Source: Rhizophagus irregularis (Eukaryota). Taken from it: DNA of 64,000 nucleotides. The notes under the pieces were generated by a model. It did not search any database. It saw only the letters and a program-made list of their open reading frames with translations, and was not told where the DNA came from. The position numbers and the translations under genes are program-made. Numbering within the stretch: the first letter of the stretch is position 1; the number at the start of each line of letters is the position of its first letter. The stretch spans positions 2,170,001 through 2,234,000 of the forward strand of contig NC_089431.1 in assembly GCF_026210795.1 (NCBI RefSeq). The letters are read 5' to 3'. This document shows, one piece after another, positions 12,043-25,717 of the stretch.

Positions 12043-13916
12043 TAATCACCAAATATAGGAGGATCATTGCAACTCTTTCCTGAAATTTTGAAAATACTAA
12101 TAAAATTTATTTTTGAAATTTTCGTTTGAAGATTTCAAAGTGCTCGTTCAAAATACTAATATTTCCACAGTTGCTTTCGTCTTTACTGAGCTCTATACTA
12201 TGACTACACCTCCAGCTCCTTCTGTTATTAACCCGGATATTCCACCGCCACTGCATCCTATTACTTCTACTGTTTCTGGAGACTGACCTTTGTCTCCCAC
12301 GACTACAGCTGGCACGTCTAACAAACGTTCACGTATTGTCTCTGATGACGCTATGAATGTTGATATAATTTCACCTCCTGCTTCAGCTCCCAACCTTATT
12401 TCTACCGTTCCTTCTGGTCTTCCTGTCCAAGTGATTACATCTCCTCAAAATATTACCATCCCTGTTGAAACTGTTGACGCTTCTATCCATGCTCCCTCTA
12501 ACACCAGTGGTAAAGGCAAAGCTGTCGCCTTTAATATTCCAGAACGACGACCATCCCCCGATGGTAATGCTGCTGCTATCAAATCCGCACCTTCTCATTA
12601 TCATGCTGTGGCCTACCTACGTGACGTGCCTGACGCGTTTAAAGCTAAATATACCACCAATCGCTCCATGTGTGATGAAGTGGATTGTTCACTCTCCCGT
12701 TATTCTTCTTATGGCGCCCGCGCACGATGTGAAGGATCAGGCGATAACAAGAAAATCCTTGTCTTCTTCAATAATCATGATGATTATACCGATTGTGTCG
12801 CCTCCCCACGTGCCGATCTCCTCGATTTGGCCTTCAGTCATTACTCCCCTGCAGACGCCAAACTCAGTGACAAAATGAAGTCCTTATTCGTCACTGATAT
12901 CCCACTTTTCCTAACCGAGACTCAAGTCCGTCAGGCATTCTCCCGATATGGCACTGTAATCAAGTGCAAACTTACTCCTAGGAAACATTACTATAATGGA
13001 CATATCCAGTTTTCCTCTGCGGATGCAGTTACCCAATTTAATGATATTTGGGCAATCATTTGCCTTGGTAATTCTTTACGTGTCTGCCCGGCATCTTTTT
13101 TGAAATCCCAACGCGATAGCCGCAGAGAACATGTTGCTATCCTTGCCGGCATTCCAAAGAATATTAAAGAAGCTGATCTGTTAGAAATTGCTACTCAAGT
13201 TAACGCTAAGGCCCTCAACGTTCCCCTATCTATCAGCCTGAACCCTATGTATATTTGAATTTCTTCTCATTTGAATCTCTTGAAGCTGCCAAAGAAATGA
13301 CCGTGGCTTTCCGCGATAAAGGATTAACATGGCACCCTCCCAATGAAGCACAAACTTCATGCCATGTTTGTGGACGTCCTGGTTGTTCTCCCTCTGTATG
13401 TAATCCTCGTTCCACACGGAAAGTGGATGATAGCCTTAACAAACTTTATTCTCGCTTCAATGCTGGCCCTAGACGTGGTCGTCAGGATTCGCGCCAATCA
13501 CGTGATAATTCCATTTCCCGTTCAAGATCGCGATCCAATTCTAGATCCCGCAATAATAATTTCTCTTCATCCCGTTCCAACAACAGTAACAATAATACTA
13601 ACACTTCTCGTCCTAATGCTTCTCGAAGTAGCAACCGGACCAACAATAATAATAATAATCTCAGGAACAATGAAAATTCTTCCGGTTCTACTCAACCTCC
13701 ACACAAACCTCATCCTATTAGTTCTACACCGCCTACTCCTCCCTCTGACAATCCTGCCTTTACACTTCCCCAACATATTATTGATGATTTAAAGGCGCAG
13801 ATCAAAGAGATCGCTGACACCCTCCATACTCTAGAGGAAACTGTCTCATGGATGAATGATACTATCACGGCCCATGAGTATAGGCTATCTGAGCTTGAAT
13901 CAATGATGAATTATGA
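12043..13916 (+). mobile_element. LINE family B copy 2, head-to-tail with copy 1, truncated within ORF1
   Basis: Colinear, highly similar repeat of 4155-~5985; similarity stops abruptly after ATGATGAATTATGA. Confidence 0.95.
12200..13916 (+). pseudogene. LINE ORF1 copy 2, partial
   Basis: ATG at 12200; ORFs 12290-13258 and 13255-13926 carry the same RRM/knuckle motifs. Confidence 0.85.
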
Positions 13917-14768
13917 TGCCTCTTGACGAAAGTTTTCTACATCCTGTTTATTATAGAGTTTGTGGCATTTTGTACATGGAATAAATCTCTGAAATCGGTC
14001 TTTTAGGCCAAGTACTTTTTTCGCTAGGTAAAGAGAATCTGGAAAAGTTCTAAAATTTTCACCACCGATTTCGTTTAGAACTATTTTCATGAACTTTATT
14101 AAAGATTCGGTTGCCGTTTCTGGGATATTGTATGTTATACGGTAGTTCATTATCCACAATAAAATCCATGAAAAATTATCATCGATCGGATTTTTTTTGG
14201 CATCCATGTTGGCTTGATACGGAGGTGAATAATCTTCAAAAATTTCGTTGTAAGATTCATTATTTGATTCGCTACCCAAAGACATTTCAGTGTTTTGTTC
14301 GCTAGTATTATATACGTCTGATTCGATATTCAAACTTGTTAATTGAGGCATAGGATGGCTTGTATATTTTACGCGCCTCCGAGGTAAAAAAGAACAATTA
14401 ACATCTATGTCCCCGGGTATTTGTAACCTTTGACTTTTGGTGTATCCCCAAAATCTGACCCTAATGTCGAAGTCTGATGAACGTCAACATTTACTTGAGG
14501 TAATTCAATATTTTTGGTAATGTCTTGTTCACTAGTTTCTTGCATTATTGAAAGAGCTTCATCCTCACTTGATTCGTCGTCATTCGAATCATTCATTTCG
14601 CCTCCTGTCTCATGTAGAAGCTTTGTTCGTTCCAATACCAATTTTCCATTACAATTATTGCAATAACAAGGAACTTTCTTCCTTTTGCGAGGTTTTTGGA
14701 ACGAACGTCTACGTTCATTTTTTTTTTTGATTGCCAAGAATGCTTGAAACCGATCTCCTTCTTGTCAT
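13917..14768 (-). pseudogene. N-terminal fragment of an EnSpm-like transposase
   Basis: CxCxxC motif (VPCYCNNC), then WILLWIM..NIPE..LIKF..FP.SLY.A and CTKCHKLY, recalled as the region preceding the Transposase_21 core; cut at the LINE junction. Confidence 0.65.
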
Positions 14769-14859
14769 TTTCAATTGACGAGTTTTGAAGTTAATCGCTT
14801 CAATAAATCAAATAATCGTTTAAAACTTTACTACAATTTGTAAAAATTTAACGTCAATT

Positions 14860-15200
14860 CGATTAATTAATTAATTTAACTGCGGTCGTACTAAATCGAA
14901 TATTTTGATATCAATTCGATAAATTAAATCGGTTAAAATTTGCAAAAGTATATTGTACTCGATAAATCATTTTTAATTAATTAATTGATTTAACTGCGGT
15001 CGTACTAAATCAAATATTTTGATATCAATTCGATAAATTAAATCGGTTAAAATTTGCAAAAGTATATTGTACTCAATAAATCATTTTTAATTAATTAATT
15101 GATTTAACTGCGGTCGTACTAAATCGAATATTTTGATATCAATTCGATAAATTAAATCGGCTAAAATTTGCAAAAGTATATTATACTTGATAAATCATTT
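14860..15200. repeat. 3 x 114-bp tandem repeat between the divergent element genes
   Basis: ACTGCGGTCGTACTAAATC at 14879, 14993 and 15107. Confidence 0.95.
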
Positions 15201-15518
15201 TTGTTGAAAAATTAAAATCGATGATCATTTCGGTTCAGAAGACATGATAAATAAACTTTTATTTATCAAATCAGCTTGTGAAAGTTTGTCAAAAGCTTAA
15301 TAATAAACTTATAAATTCTATAAAAACTCGTCTGATCATTAACTCGTACGTTCTCTTTCTCTTTTCTTCTCATCTCATTGAAATTATTGAAATTTAAGAT
15401 AATTTTATTTCATTTTCATAATAACTGGTAATTTGTAACTTTCGACCATATGATATATAATTACTTTTGATTTGCAATTTCCTATTTTAACCGTAAGAAA
15501 ATTTATTGATATATAGAA

Positions 15519-17960
15519 ATGAGCCGAAATAAGAAAAAATCGTCAAATAAAAGAAAACTTCACAAAACATCTAAGAAAGTGAACCAGAACCGAATTTCAA
15601 CTACTCCTAATACCGGACAAACTTCAACTACTCCTAGTACCGGACAAACTTCAACTACTCCTAATACCGGACAAACTTCTAACTCCCAAAAAAGTTGATA
15701 TATTGATTGTTTTGCGTTATTCCGTTCCATTATTCAAAGGTGTATCATTTATACTTACTATACCAAAAAAATTAATTAATACAGAAACGAATCAATACGA
15801 AAAATCCGCAGCAAAAAATAAAACACCTGATGAAGAAATCGTTGAAGTGGATCGTGGACAAGCTTCAACTACTCCTAATACCGGACAAACTTCTACTCCC
15901 AAAAAAAGTCGATATATTGATTGTTTTGCGTTATTCCGTTCTATTATTCAAAGATGTATCATTTATACTTACTATATCAAAAAAAATTTATTAATACAGA
16001 AACGAATCAATACGAAAAATCCGCAGCAAAAAATAAACCATCCGATAAAGAAATCGTCGAAGTGGATCGTGGACAAACTTCAACTACTCCTAATATCGGA
16101 CAAACTTCTACCCCCAAAAAAAGTCGATATATTGATTGTTTTGCGTTATTCCATTCCGTTATTCAAAGGTGTACTTACTATATCAAAAAAATTTATTAAT
16201 ACAGAAACGAATCAATACAAAAAATCCGCAGCAAATAGAGACGAACTGTCTGATGAAGTAGAAATTGTCAAAGTGGCTCGTGGACAAACGTCAACTACTC
16301 CTGCTACCGGCCAAGTTTACCAAAAAAATTATTGAGATCCATTTGTCCTTGATATAAGTCAAGTTCTAATGGAATCTCGTCAAAAGTCAAAAACAAGTCG
16401 AGATCTGGAAGAATCCCATACCGATAAAGAAATGGCCAGTGCGCATTTTCCAAAAAGTTCTTTTGAACATACCAGAACTATTAAATCACGAAAATTGTCT
16501 TTATCTCAAATGCCGCACAGGGATTCCTTATCACGAGCGTTTTTACCATATGATTTTTCTTCAAGTTCCGTTGAACCATCAGAATCATTGGCGTATAGAT
16601 ACAATAATAGTGATTATGAAAAGTTGAAGAGAGGTAATGAACTGTGACACATTTTAATGTACTTAACGAATTTTTATCAAATATTTTACGTTATTTAGAA
16701 CATAGTCAGCTCCGTAACAAGCATGCTTATTTACAAGGCAGAATGTGCAAGGTCTATAGAGAGTTAAAAAAAATTAAAGGCGAATTAAATGAACTTCGGC
16801 AAGATTATATCAAATTACATTCCCATAATAAGTATATCAATCACGAAAATGAAGTTCTTCGAGCCGAGATTAATTATCTCAAATCACAAATATCGAGCCA
16901 AGATGATGCCGATGTCAAATCGTTGGAAAGTGAAAGTAACGACAACGATAATAGACCTGGCAAAAAAAGAAAAGTTGTGAGACGTCAAATTGATCAATCA
17001 GACGATGATTCTGAAACTGACGAAGAAAATGCTAGAGTTCGTTAGAGATCGACAGATTTTGCATTTTACACAATTTGAATATCCTTCTTACGAATCTTTT
17101 ATAAATTATTATAGACTGAAATGAAGGTAATATTAAAAATGATGCCTTCTGAATTAACGTTAAGATACGACAAAAAATTTACAAACGAGACGAACGCGGA
17201 CATTTTATGACAATTAATACCACGATTAATTGCTTCCATGAAGCCTTGATTTAGTCCTTCGTATAAGCAGATAAACGATTGGTTAGCTGCCTTACACAAG
17301 CATCGTAGAGCACGACTTTTATATGTTGAGCGAGGTGTAATTGATAAAGATAATAGAAGACTGCATAAAAACAACAGATTGAGCGAGGTAGAATCTGTTT
17401 TTTTACTGTCATTTTGAAATTGATACTAAACATTCGTTATATTTCAGAAAAAATCGTGTAGAGTCAAGGGTGCTATTTTTCTTTTTAAGATCCAGTAAGA
17501 CAGAGGTCCTAAACATTCTGAAAGATACTCGCTACCATTCACCTGAAGACTCAGAAACGGATAAAGAACAACCGGATGGTAAAAGAAAAATTATCGTTTA
17601 TAACCTTAGTTGGCGTTCCGATGAGGTATAATAATCTTTTTTTATCGTATTTTATTAAAAACATCAACTAATTTTATTTGTTTTAATGACTTTATGACTT
17701 TACAACTTATCAATTTTCTCTGAAACGTCTTGGATACTCACGTATTTTATCTACAGACGGCGCAATTAACGAGAGGGAGAAACTATGATGACGAAAGCTA
17801 TTGTATCACCTCACGACACCCTAAAAATGCTTCGGAATAGGCATACAAAACTCAAAATATGCCCGTCGATACAGATTTTTCTGGTCCTGATACTCCGGCT
17901 GAAAATCATGAATCGCAGTCACAAACTGATGATAATACTCAAACTGAACATAATGATTGA
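15519..17960 (+). pseudogene. Intron-containing accessory gene of the EnSpm-like element (basic N-terminus, STTPNTGQT repeats, coiled coil), degraded
   Basis: ATG at 15519; GT..AG introns; coding-like segments LHKHRRARL, YHSPE.SETD and LSWRSDE with stops. Confidence 0.55.
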
Positions 17961-19399
17961 TTCATTTTATCATAAAATGATAGATTTATTGCGAAATATT
18001 AATTTCTTATTATTGACTGCTTTTTGGTAATAAATTTAATAAATTTTATTAAAATAAATATATAATTAATTGTTTTGATTTATTATTGAATAAAATCGGT
18101 TATTATTATTATGAATAAACTAAATCTGGCATTTCAAAAGAAATAAATTAGTAATCTTTCGTAAATGTGTTTCGAGATCGATTTGTGTACATTTTATAAC
18201 TAAAAGTTTGACAAATAGTTTTATTTCCGAATTTTGCCGATAATAACGAATTTTTGCCGATTTGTGATTGCCAAGTGGCAGGCGAACTGTGCAAATCGTC
18301 CATAATAATTTTGCCGATTTTTTTGGCAACGATCGGCCAAAGTTAGATCAACTTTCGTCCAACATTCGTCAATTTGAAATTTGGACGAAATGGACTATTC
18401 TGACCAGTGTAAGTTTCTTTATTCCTACTTTTACTTCTTCTTTCTTTGCTAGTTTTATTATTATTTTTAGTTTATTTTGCTTTAAAGAAGTCTTTTTTTT
18501 TGATTTTTTTTTAATTTTATTTTTAATTTTATTTTTTTTTAGATTTTTCAGTCCTTTTACTTGAAAAAACAATTAGTTTATCTTTATTAGCAGCCTTTTA
18601 GTATATTTGGATAATTAATAAAATAAAGATGAAATCTCTTTATTAGAAAAAATGGTATAAAAAATTAAGAATAATTTTGCAAGATACATTATTATCTTCA
18701 AATATTATTTAAAATATTTTGTCATTTTTTATCTTTAAAATCTTATCTTATGGTTTTATTCTTCCAATCTTCAAACATATAATTCATTTTATTTATGAGA
18801 AATCTTTGTTGTATTTTTTTATCAGCCAGAAAGGTAAATTATCAATTTTTTTGTCTAATTTTTTTCTTCACACTATTTCTTTATACAATATCAAAAAATT
18901 TGTATAAATAATTTTATTAAATAAAAATGAAATAATGATAATACATATTCGCCAATTTGTGGAATTAGCCAAAATTAAGATTTTCATAAAGATTTACACA
19001 TTTTAATAAGAATTATGTTTCACAAGCTTAAATTATATGTGTTACATAATCAAATGATCTAAATCTATCAAAAAATAAAAAAAAATTTTTAACATTTATT
19101 TAAAAATAACAATGGCAACTACTTTCTTTTCAATCACTTTTCAATCAGATTTTTGTTAAGTGACTTAGAAAAGTTTATAGGCATATATAGCAGGTTTTTT
19201 TAATCAGTAAGTAAGAAAACAAATATTAATAATTTATATTAATAAGAAAAATCTTTTTTCATTTATTTTTAACCTTAGTTCCTTCTTTTTTTTAGTAAAA
19301 ATATATATAAAATAAAAATGTGAGTTATGATTTAGAGTTTTTGAGATGTTTTTTTTTTATTTTTTACTATACGATTTTATTCTACTTGTTAATTACTTT

Positions 19400-20846
19400 T
19401 TAAAATTGATTTTATTAATTTATTCAATTTAAAACAGAAATAGCAAATAAAACCTTGCTAAGTAAAGTAAAAAGAACTCAATAATACCTGTAAAGATCAT
19501 CTTTTGGTAAGAATTATAATTTTAAAAATTTTTGTATCATTGTTAATATCTTGGCGTACATGCATGCTAAACACATATATTCATATTCATATGAAAGCCC
19601 AGTACCTACTCTACCTGAACGAAAAAATATCATTCAGATCAAATTACTAAATGTGAAGATATTAACGATCAAAGTCAAAAGTTAAAAATAAATATATTGA
19701 ACATAATTATTCAGCAACTTGTGATTCAATTCATGCGATATTTGGTTTATGGATAGCACTTGATTACCTCTTTCTAATGAATATAAATTCATTCATCTAG
19801 CACACATACACGTTAAGTTATTCAATATTTTGTCATGACAATTATATTTAAATTTTTTAATTTTAATGATATTATTAAAAAAAATCAAAAAATAATATAA
19901 TTAAATCAATTTTATTTATATCAGCTGGTGTGAATCTATCATTTACATGTAACTTGTATTTCCATTTGCTTAATAAAATTAGTTTTTTGAATATAAAAAC
20001 TTAATTCCATAAATCAGCTTATATAATGTATAAATAAAACATAACATCTCAATATAAATTCACATTAAGAAAGTTGAAAAATGTGAATTGAATATGAATC
20101 AAATGAACTAGTTTTTAGTCAATATTTAGTAGAATTAAAAGAATCTCTAATAAAAGTTGCTAATAATTACTTGCAAATTGGTATACTTTTGTAAATAAAA
20201 CTTTTACAATTTTATTTATAAATTATTATTCTAATTAAAATAATTGTTTAATATAGAGAAAAATCCTAACACTTATGCAAAACTCTGGAATACATGTATT
20301 TGACTTTAATAGAATAAGAATGTGAAAGAAAAAAATGATCTCATTTCTTTTAAACCATTTGATACGTTAAAACTAATTAATCTTGTGCATTTTTTATATA
20401 AATAAATAAAGATTTTAAAGATAAGAAATCTGATTTAACATTTAAGATAGAAATTATTTAATTAATTATTATAATAAAGATGAAGAAAAAGAAAATCAAC
20501 TTGTTGATGCATTTACAAAAGTTGTTGATTAAGGGCTAATTTCCTATGATGCTTATAAAAATCTAGCTGCACTTCAACCTGAACTGTCACGAGATCATCA
20601 TATTCTAAATGCTAGAAAAAGAATTAATGAAAAAATGAATCAAAAAGTTTCTATTTCCATTTTAACCAGAGAAATAGACAATATCACAGGTTTTATGAAA
20701 ATTTTCTTAATAATACACATCTTATACTTTTAATTGAATGTTTAAGAAAACTAATTGTAAAAATTATTATGGTGCAGCATGATATCCTTATAGATCCAAA
20801 TTTTACAGGACTTCTAGGAGAATTCACAAATATACCTATACATGTT
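19400..20846 (+). pseudogene. Highly decayed gene fragment, probably from a DNA transposon
   Basis: Residual frame near 20480-20665 (LVDAFTKVVD*GLISYDAYKNLAALQPELSRD...RINEKMN); cut by the element starting at 20847. Confidence 0.3.
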
Positions 20847-20889
20847 CATCAGGAAATTATATAGTGCGAAAAGTTGCGCAAGTTTACAC

Positions 20890-21320
20890 ATCATAATATT
20901 TCGTAAGCTTCCAGACCCGCCGCAAGTTTGCGTAAGCGTAATATTTTGTAACTTTTTAAAATATTTTGAAATATTACGATATGCAAAGCTTCGTAATTTT
21001 ACGATTTGTAATATTCCGTAATTTTGCGGTTCGCAATATTTCGTAATTTTACATAATATTTCGTAAGTTTTCAGACCCGCCGCAAGTTTGCGTAAGCGTA
21101 ATATTTTGTAACTTTTTAAAATATTTCGAAATATTACTGTATGCAAGGCTTCGTAATTTTACGATTCGTAATATTCCGTAATTTTACTGCGTAATACTTC
21201 GCAACTTTTTAAAATATTTCGAAATTCTATGATGCGTAATGTTCCATAATTTGACGATTCGTAATATTCTGTGATTTTACACAACTTAATATTTCGTAAT
21301 ATTTCAAAATATTTCGATAA
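20890..21320. repeat. Left subterminal repeats (~160-bp units built from CGTAATATT/TTCGTAA motifs)
   Basis: CAGACCCGCCGCAAGTTTGCGTAAGCGTAAT occurs twice, 160 bp apart. Confidence 0.85.
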
Positions 21321-22235
21321 ATAATACTTCATTTTCTGTACTATAAGTTTATATAATGTATGTTTTATTAGATATAATCATAAAAAATTACAAGTATTTA
21401 TTAATATATACAGAATACATAAAAGTAAAAAAAGAAAGAGTAGAGTAACAATATTATTAGACGTAAAAAGAAGAGAAACAGCTATAGTAACGTTAGTATT
21501 AGATATAAAGATAAAAGAAATATTGTTATTATTGTTAGTATTAAGGTAAAAAGAGTTAAAGAAACAGTAAAAGGAGTAAAAGAAACATGGATATTATCGT
21601 TAGTATTAAAGTACAAGTAAAAAGAAATAAAGGAAACGTAGATAGTATTGTTAGTATTACGACATAAAGTAACAAAGAGGTAAAAAAAAACGCGTTAATA
21701 TTAAAATAATTAGTATTAATAAATAAATATTTCTATACCTGCAAAGTAATTGAACAAAAGAATAAAGAAATAAAGAGAAAGGAAAAAATAAACATGTTGT
21801 TAGTATTGTTAGTATCGTTAGTATTAAAGTACAAGTAAAAAGGAATAAAGGAAACATGGATATTATTGTTAGTATTACGATACAAAATAACAAAGAGGTA
21901 AAAAAAAATGAAAATAATTAGTATTAATAAACAAATATTTCTATACCTGCAAAGCAATAAATTATGAAATATATGTAAATATATTGTATATAATTAAAGA
22001 AATATAAATAGAAAGAAGAGACAAAAAAATTAAAAATATTGAACAAAAGAATAAAGAAATAAGAAACAAAAATAAATAAGACAAAAACGCGTGCATGATT
22101 AAATGATTAAATGATTAAATCACATGCAAGGATCAGCCTAATTTTGATTGGCCAGAAAATACGATATCATAAAATTACGGAAATCCGCATTTTAAAAAAT
22201 CACAGAAATTGTATATGCACAATTACTAAATATTA

Positions 22236-25200
22236 GGGGCGTGCCAGAAATCACCTGATTTCGCTCAATTAGAGACCTGACCCCCCCTACCCCCCAGGTG
22301 ATCATTTGATTAATTAGAAATTTGATTGGCTAAAAAAAAAATTGTGGACAATTGTAAAATGAAACCGATTGTCTTAATTAAATAAATTATAAAAAATTTT
22401 TATCCGATTTGATTATCATTTTTTTTCTTTGAAAAATGCAAAGTTTTTTAAAACTGCCAAAATTTAATAAAACCTTCTTTTATAATGAACCCCAAGATAA
22501 ATATCAAGAATTTTGTAATGCATATGCGTATTATAAACAAGCAGTACTATGTAATTCAAAACCAAATCGTCAAAAATTAATGCAAGAATGTATAACTGCT
22601 TGGAAAGAAGTTAGAGAACAGAATACTTCTTTTATTGAAAATAAAATTAATGAATATTATAACACTATACCTCCTACTATTCATTCTCATCAAAATTTTT
22701 TTTATCACATCGTACTCCTCGTACTCCTACTGCTTCTACTTCTACTCCTACTCCTACTCCTCCAAAACACACTTCTATTCCGCAACATATTACTACTCCA
22801 AGACCGATTGTTAATGAGTTTATTGATACTACAACAATACAAACTAATGCTAGATCACAACAAAATGTGGCTAATAAAATTAATTCAGCCATAAAGAATA
22901 TATCAGAATGTCAACAAATGGTAGAAATTACCACAGATGAATCATTAAAAGTTACGTTAAAAACTAAAATAATTGAAGAAGAACATACTCTATCAGAACA
23001 ACGTGTATTATTAAGTAAATTGAAACGACATGCTGAAGCTCAATCAAAATTAAGAACAAAAAAAAAAATTAATAGAAGAAGGAGTTGTTGAACAATATAA
23101 TACTCCGGGAAGACCATCTGCAGCTATGAAAGATCCAGAATTATGGGATAAGATCCATGATAGTGTTGAATTCGGAGCTGCCCATGCTAAACGAAGAAAA
23201 GTGGTTATTAAAGTAAGAACAATAAAGCATTTACGCGAAACTTTAGAAGAAAAATATAATACTTACTTATCCCGCCAATGCTTATCCACTTATCTTCAAC
23301 CTCGCCATCAAAATACTTTTGCCGCACGTCGTCATCATCATCCAGCAAAAGTTGGTCTTGCCTCTCGTAGCACGAACAGATATGAAATCACATGTTGATG
23401 AACACTACTGTTTAGCGTCTGTTAAAGCAGCAAAAATATTTGCCGAAGTATTTGCAGATGAGTCAATTATCATCTCTCAAGACGATAAAGCAAAGATTGG
23501 GTTGGGTATACCTGCAGTTGGCCGTACATTTAAAACAATCCAATCTGTTAACGAACCCGTAACTGTTGAAGATCATGATTTTCCAACAGGATCAAAAATG
23601 AAACTCATACCTTCCGTTTATTTAGTTATTAATCCAGCTGATTCAAGTAATACACTTCGAACTGGTCAACTTTTCATATTCATTAGGCCAGAATATTTTA
23701 TTGGAACATCATCAGCAACTCACATCGCGGATTTAGAAAGTATTATTAAAAATGAAAATTTTTCTAATACTCTAAAAAAAGAAGATAAAGTTAGACCAAT
23801 TTGGGTTCTTCTTGTTGATGGTGGACCTGACGAGAATCCAAAACATATGAAAAACATTATTCAATATGCTCACCTTTTTCGTTCTCTTGATTTAGATTAC
23901 CTAACTGTTCGTACTTTCATGCCGCGTCAAAGTGCATATAATCCAGTAGAGCGAAGCATGGCTTCTTTATCTGAAAAACTCGCTGGTATTACTTTACCTA
24001 TAGAGGAATTTGGGTCACATTTAAATAGTCAAGGAAATGTGATAGATGAAGAGTTAGCAAGACGAAATTTTGAATATTCAGGAAATAAATTATGCGATAT
24101 ATGGAAACGAGATGATATACATGGAAAACCTGTTACGGTAGAGTATGTTGATCGGGGAGAGAAATCCGTTTGATGAACCTGAACCTTCAATATCATGGGA
24201 ATGGATAGAGGAACATACACAACTTTGCCGCTATTCACTGGATATAAAAAAATGTAAGAACCGAGAGTGTTGTAGTGAATACAGAGCTCCAGATGCAGCA
24301 AAACTTTTAGATGAAAACAATGGATTTCTTTCTCCAACTACCAAAGGAAAAGATGGACATTTTATTAATCCAATTCATGCACTTCAATATCATGATAAAC
24401 TTAAAATCCTTGAATATGATCGTTGTTGTCCATCAATTCCACAAGAATTACATCAGCGTTTGTGTTGTGATATATGCGGCAAATATTTTCCGACTCTCAA
24501 GTTTATAAAAGAACATAAGCGCAATATACACTCACATTATAATAAACGCCGTACTCAACAAAAAGAAATTCAAAACGAACAGCTAACGAAACGGAAATGG
24601 AATGTGTAGTTATTCCATTAAACTTTAATGTTGCTGAGGATATTATTCAAAGAAACCCATGGCAAGAAATTGAACAGGATGTTCGTGAAGTTCAGTCAGA
24701 TAGAGAATAATAGTTTGTAATAATTAAAGTTTGTAATAATTGAACAGTTCGTTGTTCTTGTATGAAATAAAAAAAAAATTTATTATGTCATTATGCGTTG
24801 TGCTAACCTGATGAACAGATCGGCGGATGATTATTTTTAATTTTAACATATGATTGGTAAACTTAAATGAGAATTGTTCTATGTAAATCACACCGCAGTT
24901 TTATGAATACGAATTATTATCATTTCGGGTGGCGCAAGTAACTGACGATCACTAATTTTGTAATGAAAAAAAAAAGATTTTTTTATTTTAGATTAATAAT
25001 TTTGATTTAATTTTTCGTATTTTTTTATAGTTTAATAGTTTCGGAAAGAGACACTTCATATTAAATTTTTAAAATATGTTTATTAATAAATAACTTTATA
25101 ATACATTATTAAATAATAAATATATACGAAATAAATATTAAAATAAAAATAAATAGAATAAATAAATAAAAAAAATATGAATTATATATTATTATTATTA

Positions 25201-25410
25201 TTATATTATTATTTATAACATTAATCTATAAAATTTCAAAATCGGAATAAGGATTTTTAAGGATCTGCGGCATAAAAATATACTGATGGTATATATAAGA
25301 AATTGACCAATAAAATTACATTATTATGTATGTCACGTGATTATATCGACGTGATTAAAAGGCCAACCCACCCACCCACCCTCAAAATTACGTGATTTCT
25401 GGCACGCCCC
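22236..25410 (+). mobile_element. Zator-superfamily DNA transposon
   Basis: Perfect 19-bp TIR GGGGCGTGCCAGAAATCAC; TTA duplicated at 22233-22235 and 25411-25413; GG..CC ends with a TWA TSD are Zator hallmarks. Confidence 0.85.
22436..24609 (+). pseudogene. Zator transposase (DDE, ISAzo13/TP36-related) with C-terminal C2H2 finger; frameshifted as assembled
   Basis: SQDDKAK...DHDF...LVDGGPDENP...SAYNPVER; CDICGKYF..HKRNIH. Confidence 0.8.
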
Positions 25411-25717
25411 TTATCCCCTCGTGATAAATTAAAAATTATCAATACAAACTCAACACAAATTTAACAAATTTAACGAAATTTGGCCAAAATTAACAAATTT
25501 TTACCAGAATTATCAACACAAATTGAACACAAATTGAACACAAATTTCAGCCACGATTTATTTATTTGTAGCCACACCCTGTTGTTCAATAATAAATTAA
25601 TAACCATTTTATTTATTAAAACTATATTAATTATGGTAAAAAAAATGCTATTACGTGTGATATATATAAAAAATAATATTTATTTTTTATGCAACCCATA
25701 ATTCTCTAATAAACTAT

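Larger units (their letters stand above)
13917..18409 (-). mobile_element. CACTA/EnSpm-type DNA transposon, one end deleted
   Basis: Terminus CACTGGTCAGAA (reverse strand, ending at 18409) with subterminal TTTGCCGA repeats; divergent two-gene layout. Confidence 0.7.

Noticed and set aside
4219..13792. Antisense and alternate-frame ORFs over the LINEs
   Set aside because: Shadows of ORF1/ORF2 codon structure; no independent motifs.
3543..18409. Single giant CACTG element from 3543 to 18409
   Set aside because: The ends match for only 6 bp (CACTGG), the flanks differ and the subterminal repeats are unrelated.
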